This document shows, piece after piece, positions 36,300-49,819 of a stretch of DNA of 64,000 nucleotides. Positions within the stretch are counted from its first letter, which is position 1, and every line of letters starts with the position of its first letter. The notes beneath the pieces were generated by a model, which saw only the letters and a list, made by a program, of their open reading frames with translations, did not search any database and was not told the DNA's origin. Source of the DNA: Okamejei kenojei (Eukaryota); the NCBI GenBank assembly GCA_035221665.1, contig CM069135.1:33604001-33668000 (forward strand), in the 5' to 3' direction. The position numbers were made by a program, and so were the translations under genes.

Positions 36300-37700
36300 A
36301 CTTGTTTTGAAAAAAGAGAGATATCTACAATAATTATAGGAGGCATGGAGTAAATGAGGTGCTAGAGGAGTATAAAGAATGTAAAAAGGATCTTAAGAAA
36401 GAAATTAGGAAGGCTGAAAGAAGATATGAGGTTGCTTTGGCAAGAAAGGTGAAAGTAAATCCAAAGGGTTTCTACAGCTATATTAATAGCAAAAGGATAA
36501 CGAGGGATAAAATTGGACCATTAGAGAGACAGAATGGACAGCTATCTGCAGAGCCAAAAGAGATGGGGGAGATATTGAACAATTTTTTTCTTCGGTATTC
36601 ACCAAGGAGAAGGATATTGAACTCTGTGAGGTAAGGGAAAAAAGTAGAGTAGCTATGGAAACTATAAGATTCAAAGAGGAGGAAGTACTGACACTTTTGA
36701 AAAATATAAAAGTGGATAAGTCTCCAGGTCCTGACAGGATATTCCCTAGGACATTTAGAGATAATTAGAGATAATATATATAAGCATCTGGATAAACAGG
36801 GTCTGATCAGGAACAGTCAACATGGATTTGTGCCTGGAAGGTCATGTTTGACAAACCTCCTTGAATTTTTTGAAACGGTTACTAGGGAAATTGATGAGGG
36901 TAAAGCAGTGGATGTTGTCTATATGGATTTCAGTAAGGCCTTTGACAAGGTTCCCCATGGAAGGTTGGTTAAGAAGGGTCAATCTTTGGATGTTAATGGC
37001 GGAGTAGCAAGATGGATTCAACAGTGGCTGAATGGGAGATGTCAGAGAGTAATGGTGGATGGCTGTTTGTCAGGTTGGAAGCCGGTGACCAGTGGGGTGC
37101 CTCAGGGATCTGTGTTGGGTCCACTGTTGTTTTTGTCATGTACATCAATGATCTGGATGATGGGGTGGAAAATTGGATAAGTAAGTATGCAGATGAGACT
37201 AAGATAGGTGGTGTTGTGGATAATGAAGTAGATTTTCAAAGTCTACAGAGAGATTTGGGCCATTTGGAAAAGTGGGCTGAAAGATGGCAGATGGAGTTTA
37301 ATGCTGATAAGTGTGAAGTGCTAAGGGGGGACTTGATTGAGGTCTTTAAAATGATGAAAGGGATAGACAGATTTGACATGGATAAGCTTTTCCCATTGAG
37401 GGTAGGGAAGATTCAAACAAGAGTGCATGACATGCGAATTAATGGACGGAAGTTTAGGGGTAACGTGAGGGGGAACTTCTTTACTCAGAGGGTGGTGGAT
37501 GTGTGGAATGACTTCCATAAAGGTTGCAGCAGGATCGAATTTTAAACATTATAAAAGTAAAGTGGATAGGGTATATGGACGGGAAGGGGAATGGAGGGTA
37601 GTCTGAGTGCAGGTAGATGGGACTAGGGGAAACCAAAAAAATATCCGCACGGACTGAAGGCCGAGAAGGGGCCCTGTTCCGTGCTGTAAAAGTTATATTG
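36300..37700 (+). mobile_element. CR1 subfamily B, ORF2 with internal deletions
   Basis: KVNPKGFYSYINSKR, DKSPGPD, QHGFVPGRSCLTNLLEFFE, VYMDFSKAFDKVPH, SGVPQGSVLGP and KYADETK. Jumps at about 36755 and 37322. Confidence 0.92.
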
Positions 37701-39349
37701 TTAACTGAGATTGGAAAGTTGGCTGAAGTAGAAGGTAGGTGGAAGTAAAGTTCCCTACATAATGCTTTGGGAAAGTAAACATGATGCATTCTAGCATTTT
37801 TACTCCATATGGAGTCAGTGTTAAAAAAGAATGATTGATACAGGCACCAGCAGCAACCAAACATAGTTTTCCTGATAATTCTGAAGGAGAATAGTTATAC
37901 CTGAAAACCCTAGTAATGTATGCGAGATCACACCCTCCACAAGCCCTCTTCCAGCAGTTTCCATCTGCTGTTCTGTCCTTAGCTTCTCTCTCACTTCTTC
38001 TATCCGCACAGGTGAAAGCATCCTTGACCAGAAGCAATTGGTTTGTGAAAAAGTTGTGAGATTGGTAATACATTCCTAAACGCCTGCTGCACTGCTCCTT
38101 GTAATCGTCCAACTTGAAACAACAATCAAAATACCCAAACACTTGCAGCATAGAGCAGAAGCCAGAATAAATCAACCAACAAGTAACCTGTGAGCAGTTT
38201 GTAATTTATTTAAATCATATATTATGTGATTAAATTATTTAGAACCTAAGAAGTGTGACGGGGTAGGCCATCTGGCCCTTTGAACTACTCTGTTCATCAC
38301 AACCATGGTTGGTATTTTACCTCAGCCACATTTTACAGCACTGTCCCTATTTGCCATGAATTGTATCAAACCTTGTTTTGAATGAACATGACAACTAAGA
38401 CTCGATAGCCACCTGGGATAGAGAATTCCAAAGGTTCACCACTGTCTCATCTCCTCTCCTCTCATCTCATCTCATCTCAAGGAAAAATATCCATCCCTTA
38501 TTTTGATACTGTAGCCTTGGTACAAAGTCATCACAATAGAATAACAACCCACTGCATCTGCCCTGTCACAACCCCTACAAGAAAAGATAAACGGGGTCTT
38601 CTCATTTTGTTTTAAGCTCTCGAGAATACTGTCCCAATCTACTTCATCTCATGTATTAAACACTTTTCTTAAAGAGTAGAGATCCAAATGCTAGAAATTG
38701 TCTTGGTCAACACTACAGACTGAAATACGTTTAAAATCTTTTTTCTGCAAATAGAGTCTGAAACTCAGCTCTGGATGAAAGAATGTTCCACGACTGTTGG
38801 CAATGGATTCTCAGCATTTAGTGGGAAGAATGTTCTGCTTATTTGGGACTGAATGCCAGCCAAGCAAATGGCAAATTATGGAGATCAGAATGATGGAGAT
38901 AGCTAGTTGTGAGGAAGAGCCAGGCACTCCAAGCATAATATGCCAGAGAACTTGACATTTTGAAACTCTCTGAATTATATCTGTAATCACTCCATAATTG
39001 TTTTAATGTCAATCCCATATTTTGTTCAGCATTACTATCTAACTGCCATTGGAAACAATATAATACTGTACGTTATAATTGTGTATCTTGAAGACCTCCA
39101 GAACATTATATTTTGCTATAATAGTATGCAATACTCCATTTGCAACTGAACTAATATTTTGCATTCACTGATTTAAGTACAGAAACAAAGGGCACATTAG
39201 TCTTATTGCCTTTCTACCTTTGCAAGGTTCTTAACCGTAAGATCGCACCTCGTTCTTTGCTAAAAATATCATATACAACAAAACTCTTTGTCTTTATGAA
39301 CTGGAATTGGGCTCCAGTGTACTGCCAGCTGAAATTTCAACCAAACCCC

Positions 39350-39445
39350 CGTCTGCAGAAGGTCCGACCCGAAACGTCACCTATCTCCTTCGCATCCTTT
39401 GTCTGCTGCCACCCAGCTGAGTTTCTCCATCTTTTTGTGTACCCC
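39350..39445 (+). repeat. Solo Penelope terminal repeat (degenerate)
   Basis: gtctgcagaaggtccgacccgaaacgtcacctat. Confidence 0.7.
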
Positions 39446-39702
39446 CCACATAGGCATCTGACTATATGAGAGTAACCAAAGACAATTTGATTAAATCCAC
39501 CCAATTACAAAAAGCTGAACATGACTACTTCAATTCGAAGGAGGATAGAACTAAGAGCCTGCAAAACTTTTATCAGCTTGATTTTTTCTTGGCATTTTGT
39601 GTGGGTGTAAACGTACTACTACCCCAGCTATTATCATCTCTTGGATGACTAATCCCAGTTGCCGTAGATGGTCTCTTTCATTGTATGAAAGTTAGTCTTG
39701 TC

Positions 39703-40078
39703 CATAGAGAAACAGAGAAACATAGAAATTAGGTGCATGAGTTGGCCATTCAGGCCCTACGAGCTGCACCGCCATTCAATATGATCATGGCTGATCATGC
39801 CAACTCAGGATCGTACCTGCCTTCTCTCCATACCCTCTGATTCCCCTTAGCCACAAGGGCCACAATCCAACTCACACTTAAATAATAGCCAAATGAAACT
39901 GCCCAACTACCCTCTGTGGCAGAGAGTCCCACAGACTCAACCACTCTCTGTGTGAAGAAAGTCTATCATCATCTCGGTCTAAAGGATTTCCACTTATCCT
40001 TAAGACTGTGCCCCCTTGTCTGGACTTCCCCCAACATCGGGAACCATCTTCCGCTCTAGCCTGTCCAATCCCTTATAA
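39703..40078 (-). mobile_element. CR1 subfamily A 3' fragment, indel-rich
   Basis: Collinear with 32505-32880. Confidence 0.85.
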
Positions 40079-40114
40079 GTTGGGCTGTCCAAATTTAGTA
40101 TAGTGTGAGAGCAT

Positions 40115-40418
40115 CTTTAGTTTAGAGATAAATGCAGAAACAGTCCCTTCCGGCCGACCAAGTCTGCCCCAACCAGCAAACCTGCACACTAACCCTATCC
40201 TATACACACTAGGACAAATTTACTATTATACCACGCGCAATTAATGTACAAAAACCTGTATTTGGAGTCCGGGGGGAAATCGGAGATCCTGGAGAAAACA
40301 CGCAGGTCATGGGGAAAACGTACAAATTCTGTTCAGACAAACATCCATCGACAGGATCGAACCCGGGTCTCTGGCAATGTAAGGCAGCAATTCTACCACT
40401 ATGCTACCATGCCGTCCT
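40115..40418 (-). mobile_element. HE1-like V-SINE
   Basis: Collinear with 18090-18396, including the tRNA-like head (gggttcgatcc). Confidence 0.82.
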
Positions 40419-40879
40419 AAATGTCGTCCGCCTTTTTGAACACCACAATGAATCCAGTTGTATATTGATGGCTATTCGATATATGAACTTTCAATTGTTG
40501 ACTATGATGACGAGACCCCCTCATGGTGCAGATCCATAACTGTGTTACTCTTTCTGCAGATGCTGCCTGAAGTGCAGGTACTTTTGAAGCATTTTCCATT
40601 GTTATTTCAGATTCCCCAGTCTCTAATAAAATTTGCTTTTTGGTTCAGTTACAACAGCTGCTTCCTTGGGAAAAGTCAGCATCTCCTAGCTGCCAGACTG
40701 CTTGTCTGAAAAAGACGCCCAATCAATAATCTCATTTCATCTCCAGCTCAATGTGGTTTGTGTTCTTTAAACTCTTATTTTGCTAGGTCAAAACTAGTCT
40801 CCCTTACACTAGTGGCATTTTACAAATAAATCGCAGAATGTAACCACCACTGGTTAGGAAGCGTGAAACTAAAATAGCG

Positions 40880-41565
40880 CGTTTATGTCTGAGGCCAGTC
40901 GCTGGCCGGCGTGCACAAGGCCAAGCATGGCGGCCGAATCGACCCTCTAGAGTGTGGATGGGCCGGACAAGAGCAGACAAGGACATCGGCTGAGAAACAA
41001 GGGACAAGGAGGGGGCCGGTGGCAAGACATAATAAAGACCAGATATGCCGCTGAGAAGGGTCTCGACCCGAAACGTTACCCTTTCCTTCTCTCCAGGAAT
41101 GCTGCCTGCCCCGCTGATTTACTCCAACATTTTGTGTCTATCTACAACAAAGGCCTGTCGGCCACCGAGTACAAAGACCCAATGGCCACATGTGGGGGTA
41201 GCTCGGGTCCCCGAAGACTGGTGATTCAAGGAGAGAGGCGCTGGCAGCGACGGACGAGAGGAGTGGGCCGGTAGGAGATGGACTGGGGTATTGCCTCCAG
41301 CGCCTTCAACTCCAAGGTCGGCTGCAGGAGGCGCCCACCCTGGAACGCAGAGATGGTCGGCAGAGGAGAAGGACGTCGGGTCGGGCTTACTTGGATCGGG
41401 GGCGCTCCAAGACTTCCGATGCGTGGACTGGACTTTGCACTTTGGACTGTATGTGTTTTCTGTTTTCTTCCTATTTTAAACGGCGCCAAAATTGTGGCGA
41501 CTGTTGCATTTATGTTTGAAGAATTTCACTTTGCTGTGCGTACGTGACAATAAAGTCTGATCCAT
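40880..41565 (+). mobile_element. GC-rich non-autonomous retroposon with Rex1-type tail; Penelope repeat nested at about 41050-41145
   Basis: Ends gaatttcac...gtgacaataaa. Nested ctgagaagggtctcgacccgaaacgtt. Confidence 0.55.
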
Positions 41566-41714
41566 TGAAGTCTGAGGATTTTTGGTGCAATTTATGGTGG
41601 TCAATTAATCATTTTAAATCAGTATGCATTTGAGCCATGGACAGATGGTCCTGGGTGTAAATGAAACTCCACACCGAGCACATGAAATCAGGATTGAATC
41701 CAGGTCACCTAAGG

Positions 41715-43105
41715 GCTCCTGCCCTATATCCATTGCTGGAAAATCTGGATAAGAAGGACATCTACATCATACTCCTCTCTTGCTATAGCTCTGCCTTCAA
41801 CACTGTAATCCCAACTCATCTTCAAACCCTGGACCTGGCAGTCAGCGCCCCCCTTTGCCATTGGATCCTTGACCTCATGCCCCTGGGTCAAGAACTTCAA
41901 ATTCCTGGGCATGCATATTTTCTAAGATCTCTCCTGGTCCCGAAACAACATGGCAATCATGAAAAAAGAAAGCACAAAATCAAGCCTCTACTTCCTGAGA
42001 AGATTACAGAGAGAGATATTTCAAGAGGACTCACTCTCAAACGTCCTACAGGTGCACAGTAGAGAGCAGCTGACTGGTTGCATCGTGGCTTGTACGCAAT
42101 CCTAGCATCTCAGGAGCGGAAAAAGGCTGCAAAAAGTTGGAAACACTGCCCAGGACAACATCATCACACTGACCCCCTACCATTGAGGGGATCTATCGCA
42201 TCACTGCCTCAAAAAGGCTTGCCACTTATCAAGGACCACACCACCCTGGCCACACACTCCCTCCGTGCCATCGGATAGAAGTACAGGAAGGCCTGAAACT
42301 GCAACATCCAGGTTCGGAACAGCTTCTTCCCCACAGCCATCAGACTATTAAACACAACTTCAAACACAACTCAGAACTATAACAGCCGATTGCACTTTAA
42401 TCTGATATATTATTGTGTATATAATATCTATGAAATATGACACACAGATCTGATCTGTATTTATGCCTAACAATATTCAGTGTGCAGGCACAAGCAAGAA
42501 TATCATTGTCCTATCTGGGACAACATTAACGAATAGGTAGTAGAGAAGGACAGGTTCTGAGCCTCTTGTTCTACTGGTCCCCATCCAGTCAGACTGTTTG
42601 GCTAAATTCCAACTCTAGTTCCGTTCACAAGGTTGCAAATGACACCATCGTAGAGGGGTGGATCTTCAACAATGACGAGATGGAGTGCAGGAAGGTAGAG
42701 TAAAGAGCGGTTAGTAATATTATGTCAAGGCAACAGCCTCTCATAGTCAGCAAGACAAGGAGGAGGCGCTAGTTTTGTTGACCAGGAAACAAGGTGTGTA
42801 CAGGCGCCAGTCAGCATCAATGATGCTAAAATTGAGATGGTCAAGGATTTCAACTTCCTGGGAGCAAATGTCACCAACCACATTGAAGCTAAAGCCAAGG
42901 AAGGTCGGAAGCTAAGTGCAGCATTTCTCCAATGACTTGTGCCATCTTCTACAGATGCACCAGAGAACGCATTGCTTGGGAATGCATCGAAAGTGGTTGG
43001 AGCAACAGTTCTACCAATACCGCAAGAAATTGAAATAGTTTGATCAAGCCCAATCCAATCACACCAACCCTCATTGCTCATCCAGGCAAAAAAAAAAATC
43101 AAGGA
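41715..43105 (+). mobile_element. Rex1/Babar LINE fragments (two pieces)
   Basis: YSSAFNTVIP and LCHWILD motifs; aacagcttcttccccacagccatcagact (SFFPTAIR); tail at 42470-42525; aaggttgcaaatgacacc (K-ADDT-like). Confidence 0.7.
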
Positions 43106-43249
43106 AAGCTGATGAAATAGAGTGCAAATCTTAATTTGTTGCCCAAATATGAGGGAATTCCAAGTGAAAATATGATGTTCATATTTTCATGGGCTCTAAC
43201 ATCTCATAAACAAATGATGAATGTAAGAAGATAAATCCTCTACAAAAAT

Positions 43250-44055
43250 CCCAGCCACATGGTAAATGGTAGGGAATTAGTTGAGGAAGGTGCTGTGGAA
43301 CAGGGCAAGGATCTAGGATAAACTGAGCATAGTTCCCTGAAGGTGGAACGCATGTAGAATAGGGTGGTAAAGAAGACTTTGTGTGCTGGCAATATAAATC
43401 AGACATTGAATATAGGAAGTAAGGAAAGTAATAATAAAATAAAATTGTACAAGGCATTGTAAGGGAGACCAATTCTGGAAGTATGGTGGTAGAATATTTG
43501 GTCGCACTAATTATAGGAAGAATGTCAACAAATAGAGAGAGTACAGAGGAGAGATTTACTAGAAGTGGCCAGAGTTTCCAGCACATGTTACAGAGAAAGG
43601 TTGAACAAGTTAAGTCCTTTATTCTCTTTGGAGGCGCTAGAAGTTTAAGGGGGACTTGATTGAGGTCTTTAAAATGATGAAATAGATAGACAGAGTTGAC
43701 ATGATAAGTAATTTCCCATTGAGGGTAGGGAAGATGCAAACAAGAGGGGCATGACATGAGAATTAAGAACAGAAGTGATAGGGTAAACGTGAGGGGGATC
43801 TTCTTTACTCAGAGGGTGTGCTGTGTGAATCGGAGCTTGCCAGCAGAAGTGGTGGGGCAGGAAGCGATTATAACATTTAAAAGTAAAAGTGCAAAGGTAT
43901 AGGGACGTGGAAGGGGGGAAGTGGAGGTTATGGTCTGCTTGCAGGTAAGGGACTTAGGGAAAACAAATGGTCGGCACGACTGGAAACAGGGCAGAGAGGC
44001 CTGTTTCGTGTGCTGTACTTTGTTATATGGTTATAAGGTTATATTGGTTATATAG
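43250..44055 (+). mobile_element. CR1 subfamily B 3' fragment, indel-rich
   Basis: Collinear with the reverse complement of 29386-30160; (tatatggt)n tail. Confidence 0.85.
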
Positions 44056-44789
44056 TTGATCTTGAATATCATATTAATATATGTTTAAAATAATAATTCC
44101 AATTGTTTATTGAATCCCAAAGGGATTTTTATTCCTATTAAAACCTCCCATTGGAGGTGGTGGGATGTATTATGTTGGTGTGGATTCTAAATAGTCAATA
44201 AATAGTAACAGCAATGTGAAATTTATTCAGCCCGTTAAACGCAGGTGGCTGAAGGCTGCTAAAATACTGCTTTCACAAATGGAGATGGATCAGGTCACCG
44301 CAGCATAAAGTTCCACCATCGCTCTCTGAAAGAAGCCCAGGCTCATATTTCCTAGCAAAAATGGGTAAACAGTATAATCAGAGACACAGGTATGTGTCAG
44401 ATTCCACTCTGCCCACCCATTAAAATAGTCAGCCCCCCCCCCAGTACTTTTTAATAATGTTAATTGGGGGTGAACAGCTGGTAGAATGACCTTGTGAAAT
44501 AGGTCCTTGGAGAGATGGCTGCATGCTAACCAACAATATATTACTATCCTTACAAGAATCATAGATGGGGAGTCAGGGTTGACCCTCCGCCTAACGAAAG
44601 GTCACTCACCAGCCATTAACATCCTCATTGCCCTCCCCTCATCGCTAAAGAAAATCCAACGGTACTGTCAACTAACCTACATATTTCAAGTGTTCGTTTG
44701 TCATATGCACCGGATATGAGCATGAACAGTGATCTACGTGCCTGCTGCAGCTTTACATGCATATTGGACACAGTGAAAGCTGCAGCACA

Positions 44790-45082
44790 GTGCGCATTAG
44801 TGGAGCTGTTGCCTCTTAGCACCAGAGACCCGGATTTGATCCTGACCTCGGGTGATGTCTGGAGTTTGCACGTTCTCTCTGTGACCGTGCGGGTTTCCAA
44901 CACAAACATCGCTTTCCTCCCACATCCCAAAGATGTGCGGGTTTTGTAAGTTAATGGCCTCTAAAAGTTCCCTCACTTAATTTACAGTGAGTGGATGAGA
45001 AAGTGCGATAACATTGAACTGGTGTGAATGGGTGAACGATAGTCGGCAGGTACTCAGTGGGCCAAAGGGCCTATTTCCACGC
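44790..45082 (+). mobile_element. HE1-like V-SINE
   Basis: gagacccggatttgatcctgacctcgggtg...ggagtttgcacgttctc...tttcctcccacatcccaaagatgtg...gggccaaagggcctatttcc. Confidence 0.8.
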
Positions 45083-45779
45083 CTACTATGTTCTGTGTGC
45101 TGCAGCAAAGCAAGAATTTCATTGTCCTATCAGGGACACATGACAATAAACTCACTTGAACTTGAACTTTCTCTGAACTAAAGTGGAACAAGTATACAAT
45201 AAATTATCATTTACTCTCATGGTTGAAGTTGTTCTCAAACCTGGAGGTAATAGTTTTCAGGCTCCAGTACCACCTTCGCCATTGTAGCAGTGAGAAGAAC
45301 ACATGGCCAGGATAGTATAGGTCATTGTTGATATTCGCTGCCTTCTTGAAGCAGCATGTCCTGTAGATTCTTTCAATGGTGGGGAGATCAATATCCATCA
45401 TGGACCGGGCAGTGTCCACCATTTTCCACAGCTTCCATTGTTCATGAGTGTTTGAATTACTGAATCAAGCCGTAATGCAATAAGTCAGTATCTCTGCACT
45501 GTGCACCTATAGAAGAATGATATATTCAGTGACATGCCCAATCCCCTTAAACTGCTGAGGAGGTAAAGGTGTTGGTGAGCTTTCTTTGTGATTGCATCAG
45601 TGTGTTGTGCCCAGAATATATAATTAAATACTAGTACACCCATAAACTTGAAGCTAGTCTGTGGTCCTACCTATGAAGGCAGGTGTATGATCCCTCAGCT
45701 TAACCTTGCTCAAGTCAACAATCAGCTACCTGATCTTGCTAACGTTGATAGAAAGATTGTTGCTCTGATCCCACCAACT

Positions 45780-46640
45780 GAGTTGGCAGCACCGTTGAGT
45801 ATGGCTGCCCCACCTGCAGCTGTTCGTCCTTTCACCCTTTTTTTATTTTTAATGTGTTAAAAAGTTTTGTTTTGTAGGTCTTGTAGTCTTTTTATGTGGG
45901 GGGTGGGGGGAGGGGAGATGGGGGAAACTGTTTTTCTCAGTCCCTACCTGGTCGGAGATACATCTTTCCTCCGAGCCGCATCTTCGCCCCCTCCTCGCAG
46001 CCGACCAACTGGACTGGAACGGTGTTTCCTGCCGGAGACGGGCCAGAGGTTCAGCTTCGGCAGCGGCGCACCGCTGAAGTACCATCGCGGAGCGGGCGAT
46101 GCCTTACCGAGGATCACCGTGTGGTAATCTCCGGAGTGCGAGACCGCCGACTCCAACATCGCAGAGCTGTGGTTGCGGAGGGTCCAGCTGCGGGCGGCGC
46201 TGACTTTAAACACCGCAGAGCCTGGGATCTTTCGCCGAGGTCGCCAGTGTTGGAGCTCCGACCAGCGCGGCCTGTGGACTTCGGGAGCCGCGGTCTCCGT
46301 TAGGAAGCGGCCGCTTCGAAACTCCGAGCCGTTGGGAGCGTTCTTCCGACGCCAGAGTTCCATCATTCCGGCGACAGGGTCTGAAACGTTGGGCCGCCGT
46401 AGCGATGACTGCGAAGGCCTCAAATAGGCCCTGACCATGGGTGAACATGGAGGAAGTGGACTGAACTTTGCTGCCTTCCCTCACAGTGGGAAACGTTGAT
46501 CCCGCTGTGGGTGGATGTTTTTTTTATAATTAATGTTAAATTCTATAATGTTGTGTTTATTTTATTGGTGTGCTGCAATGGCAACTCAAATTTCACTGCA
46601 CTAATTGGTGTATGTGACAATAAATGTCCTTTGTCCTTTG
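45780..46640 (+). mobile_element. Non-autonomous GC-rich retroposon, same family as 240-990
   Basis: Same order: cctgcagc..cgtc, T tract, G tract, gaaac..tttt, cagagctgtggt, gccttccctcacagtg hairpin, aatttca-hairpin-tgacaataaa-(tgtcctt)n. Confidence 0.7.
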
Positions 46641-46759
46641 CCCTTATCAATCAGATTATCGATCTATTTCCTGTACTCTGACTCGCTGTTATCCATTATT
46701 TGGCATATGATGGTATCATTGGCAAATTTAAAGAATGCCTCAAAGCGGCATCAGGCCAT

Positions 46760-47238
46760 ACAGTCACGTTCACAAGTTATAGGAGTAGAATTAGGCCATT
46801 TGGCCCATCGAGTCTACCTCACCATTCAAACATGGCTGTTCTCTGCTTCCTAATCCCATTTTCTTGCCTTCTCCCCATAAACCTTGACACCTTAACAAAC
46901 AATTTGTCCTTCTCTGCCTTAAAAATATACACTGACTTGACCTCCACAGCCCTCTGTAGCAATGAATTCCAAAGATTAACTACCCACTGACTAAAGAAGT
47001 TCCTCTTCACCTCCTTTCTAAAAGACCGTCCTTTAAATTTTGAGGCTATTGACTCGCCTCACCTCCAGTTGAAACAAAACCTTCCAACAACCACTCTATG
47101 TATGCCTTTCATTATTCTGTATCAATGTCCCCCCTCAACCTTCTAAACTCCAGTGAGTAGAAGCCCAGTGCTGTCAAACGCTCATCATATGCGAACCCAC
47201 TAATTCCTGGAATCATTCTTGTAAACCACCTCTGGATC
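46760..47238 (-). mobile_element. CR1 subfamily C 3' fragment
   Basis: IQRWFTRMIPGISGFAYDERL...RRLRGD and KRNFFSQWVVNLWNSL. Confidence 0.88.
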
Positions 47239-49819
47239 CTAGGCAGAAAGCGAGTTGACCTGCAGACTGAGCACACAGTCCTGAAGGTGTTGTTGCCAGT
47301 CAACTGATTTGGATCTTCCGATGTTGAAGTTGAGGACCAGATTGCATAGGGAGGAGCAGAGATCCAGTTCCCTGAATTTGATGATGAATTTGGAGGGGAT
47401 ATTGGTGTTCAATGAGATCATAGTCGTATGGAACTTTCCTTTGGAAGTCCTACGTTTAAATGTGCGCAATGCTTGTCCAGCTAGTTTTGCACTACCCTGC
47501 ATTTGGGTTTCCGTTAGGACTTTAACCATATAACATATAAACAATTACAGTCGGAAAAAGGCCCTCTTGGCCTTCCAGTCCTTGCCGACCATTGTTTTCC
47601 CCTAAGTCCCATTACCTGCACTCAGACCATACCCCTCCATTTCCCTTCACGTCCATTTGTTGTTGTATTTTTATTTTGCTTGCAGGCAGAAAGAGCACAG
47701 GCATTGTAAAAATACAATATATTTGTCCTGTCTATTTTTCAGCTGGAAAATCTTGTCATTTTGTGACGCTTCATGCGCGATGTTTCCACAAAATGATTGA
47801 ATGGCCAAGGTTGAGACTCGATTGGGCCAAATGGCCTAATTCTACTCCTAGAATTCAGCCATGATCATATTGAATGGCGGTGCAGGCTTGAAGTGCTGAA
47901 TGGCTACTCCTGCACCTATTGTCTCTATGTTTCTATGTTTATTTTAAAATATTTTGCTTTTTCTGTGGTAATTCATTGTGGTTCATGCATACAACTTGGG
48001 GAAGAACCGAAGTATTTCACAATCCTATAGGTAATTCCAAGTAAATATCATGATTGGTGCAAGACCCAAATATTTGCCAGAAAAGGAGGTGGGATGGGGG
48101 GAAGTTGGCAAGTAGTTTTTATAATTGTTTAAGTTTTCGCCTCCCATTCATTTACCCCGCTTTGATTATTTTATCCATTTTAGCATTGTATAGTTGATAG
48201 CAAATATGATCCTGTAGTTGTGAGACATAGGTAATTGGTATTTGTTAAAATTGGTTCTGTGAGAATCAATATCTTGTGTAAAATGTTTAAACAATTGCAG
48301 TTTCACTCTGGTACGCCATCATGAAATTTATAATAAATATATTTTTGAAAACAACGTGAATCTTGCAAATTATCAACATGAGTAACTGTTCCAAATTTTT
48401 AGTGTCATCTCATATTTTTATGGAACTAAATTGCAATCCCTAAATTCAAATGTTTTGAGACAATTAAAGATACTGGGTGTATGAAAATAAATTCCAATCA
48501 ATGATGGCAAGAGAACAGATAACTTCAACTCATTGCACTCTTTCATCAGCCACTAGGAGGGGTGCTAGGTCAGTCCAGTTTCTTTTTGTTTCCCCCACAT
48601 AAATTGGAGGGATTAGTTCGAAACTCGGCAAGGACTACAATTCTTCTAATATTGCAAACTTTATCACAGGAACCCTCAAAATGGTATGATTCCACCCAAA
48701 AGAAACTAACAGTTTTAACAAGTTTTTGCTTTAGTGAAAAAGTAGATATAGAATCACAATGGTACGATTTTAAAAATGTGACTGGTTGTTCATGAAAAAG
48801 ATATTCAAAAATTGGTAAATAATTGCAATCCTTTCTTTAAGGGAATTTAGTCCTTTATAACTTGCATATTAGCAGATATAAATAAGATTATTTTTAAATA
48901 TTCCAAAGCAGAAATGTGATTGCAAATGCATGTGCTTCCTTTCAAATTTGTATTCCCTCTGGCAAGTGGCCAAACAAACTTGCCAATAGAAACATAGAAA
49001 AATAGGTGCAGGAGTAGGCCATTCAGCCCTTCAAGCCTGCACCGTCATTCAATATGATCATGGCTGGTCATGATGCCTGAAAGGAAAATAGCCACCAGAA
49101 TGGTCTTTATCTTTTATTATTTCTCAGCACAATTCTTTTCTGTCATTGATTAGAATCAGAAGTGGCCCATCAGGACAGATTTCAACAAGCCACCTTTCAA
49201 ACAATACAGTTCATTTTCCAGAGGTGACCAATGCTTACAATTTCATAGAGGTGTAAAAAACCCTTTTAAATATGATAATGTTGATAAGGGAGACTCCCAT
49301 TGATATCTCAAAGAGTAAACGTTTTTGTGCAAATTGATTTGGTTTTAATATCTAAAAAATCAAATTAAATATTTTCCAGCTTAGTGAATCTTCTTTGTAC
49401 ATTAAGTGTTTTACTCATTGAATGGTTTCCTCCCATAGACCAAAGATATGTTGGTGGCTTAATTGGCAACTGTAAAGTGCCTCTAGGGGATGGAGAAGGG
49501 GAAGAGTTGAAAGGAATGTGGAGAGAATGATGTGGGATTGGTGTAAGGAATGACAATCAACGTGAACTCAATGGTCCAAAGAGCTTGCTTCAGTGCTATA
49601 CGACTACAGGAGATGAGTCAATTTGTGACTTCTTTTTTTTCTTTTCGTGTTCATCCTGTTACAAATGTTGGCCTCGCTCTCATTGAAAAGGACGCAAGCT
49701 TCTGGCGACAATCAGTGGAAGCCATCACTTGTCGCAATAGATGATGGTGGTAGCAGAATTCGCTCAGGATACTTCCAGTTTCCAGCCTCGCGACTTAGAT
49801 GCTTCTGCTATGGGGCCAA

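Larger units (their letters stand above)
45205..47510 (-). mobile_element. Old Rex1/Babar LINE scaffold (about 45205-45775, 46645-46735, 47240-47510) hosting later insertions
   Basis: Minus-strand CFKKAANI..D..PGH.FFSLL...TSRFENNF and SSLCNLVLNF...QDCVLS motifs. Confidence 0.6.

Noticed and set aside
37693-38175. 160-aa minus-strand ORF as a further gene
   Set aside because: No recognisable domain, a non-ATG start and no convincing splice sites; probably chance.
45849-46484. GC-rich multi-ORF island as bacterial contamination or horizontal gene transfer
   Set aside because: It is the interior of a retroposon with a sister copy at 240-990 and a LINE-type tail; no protein similarity recognised.
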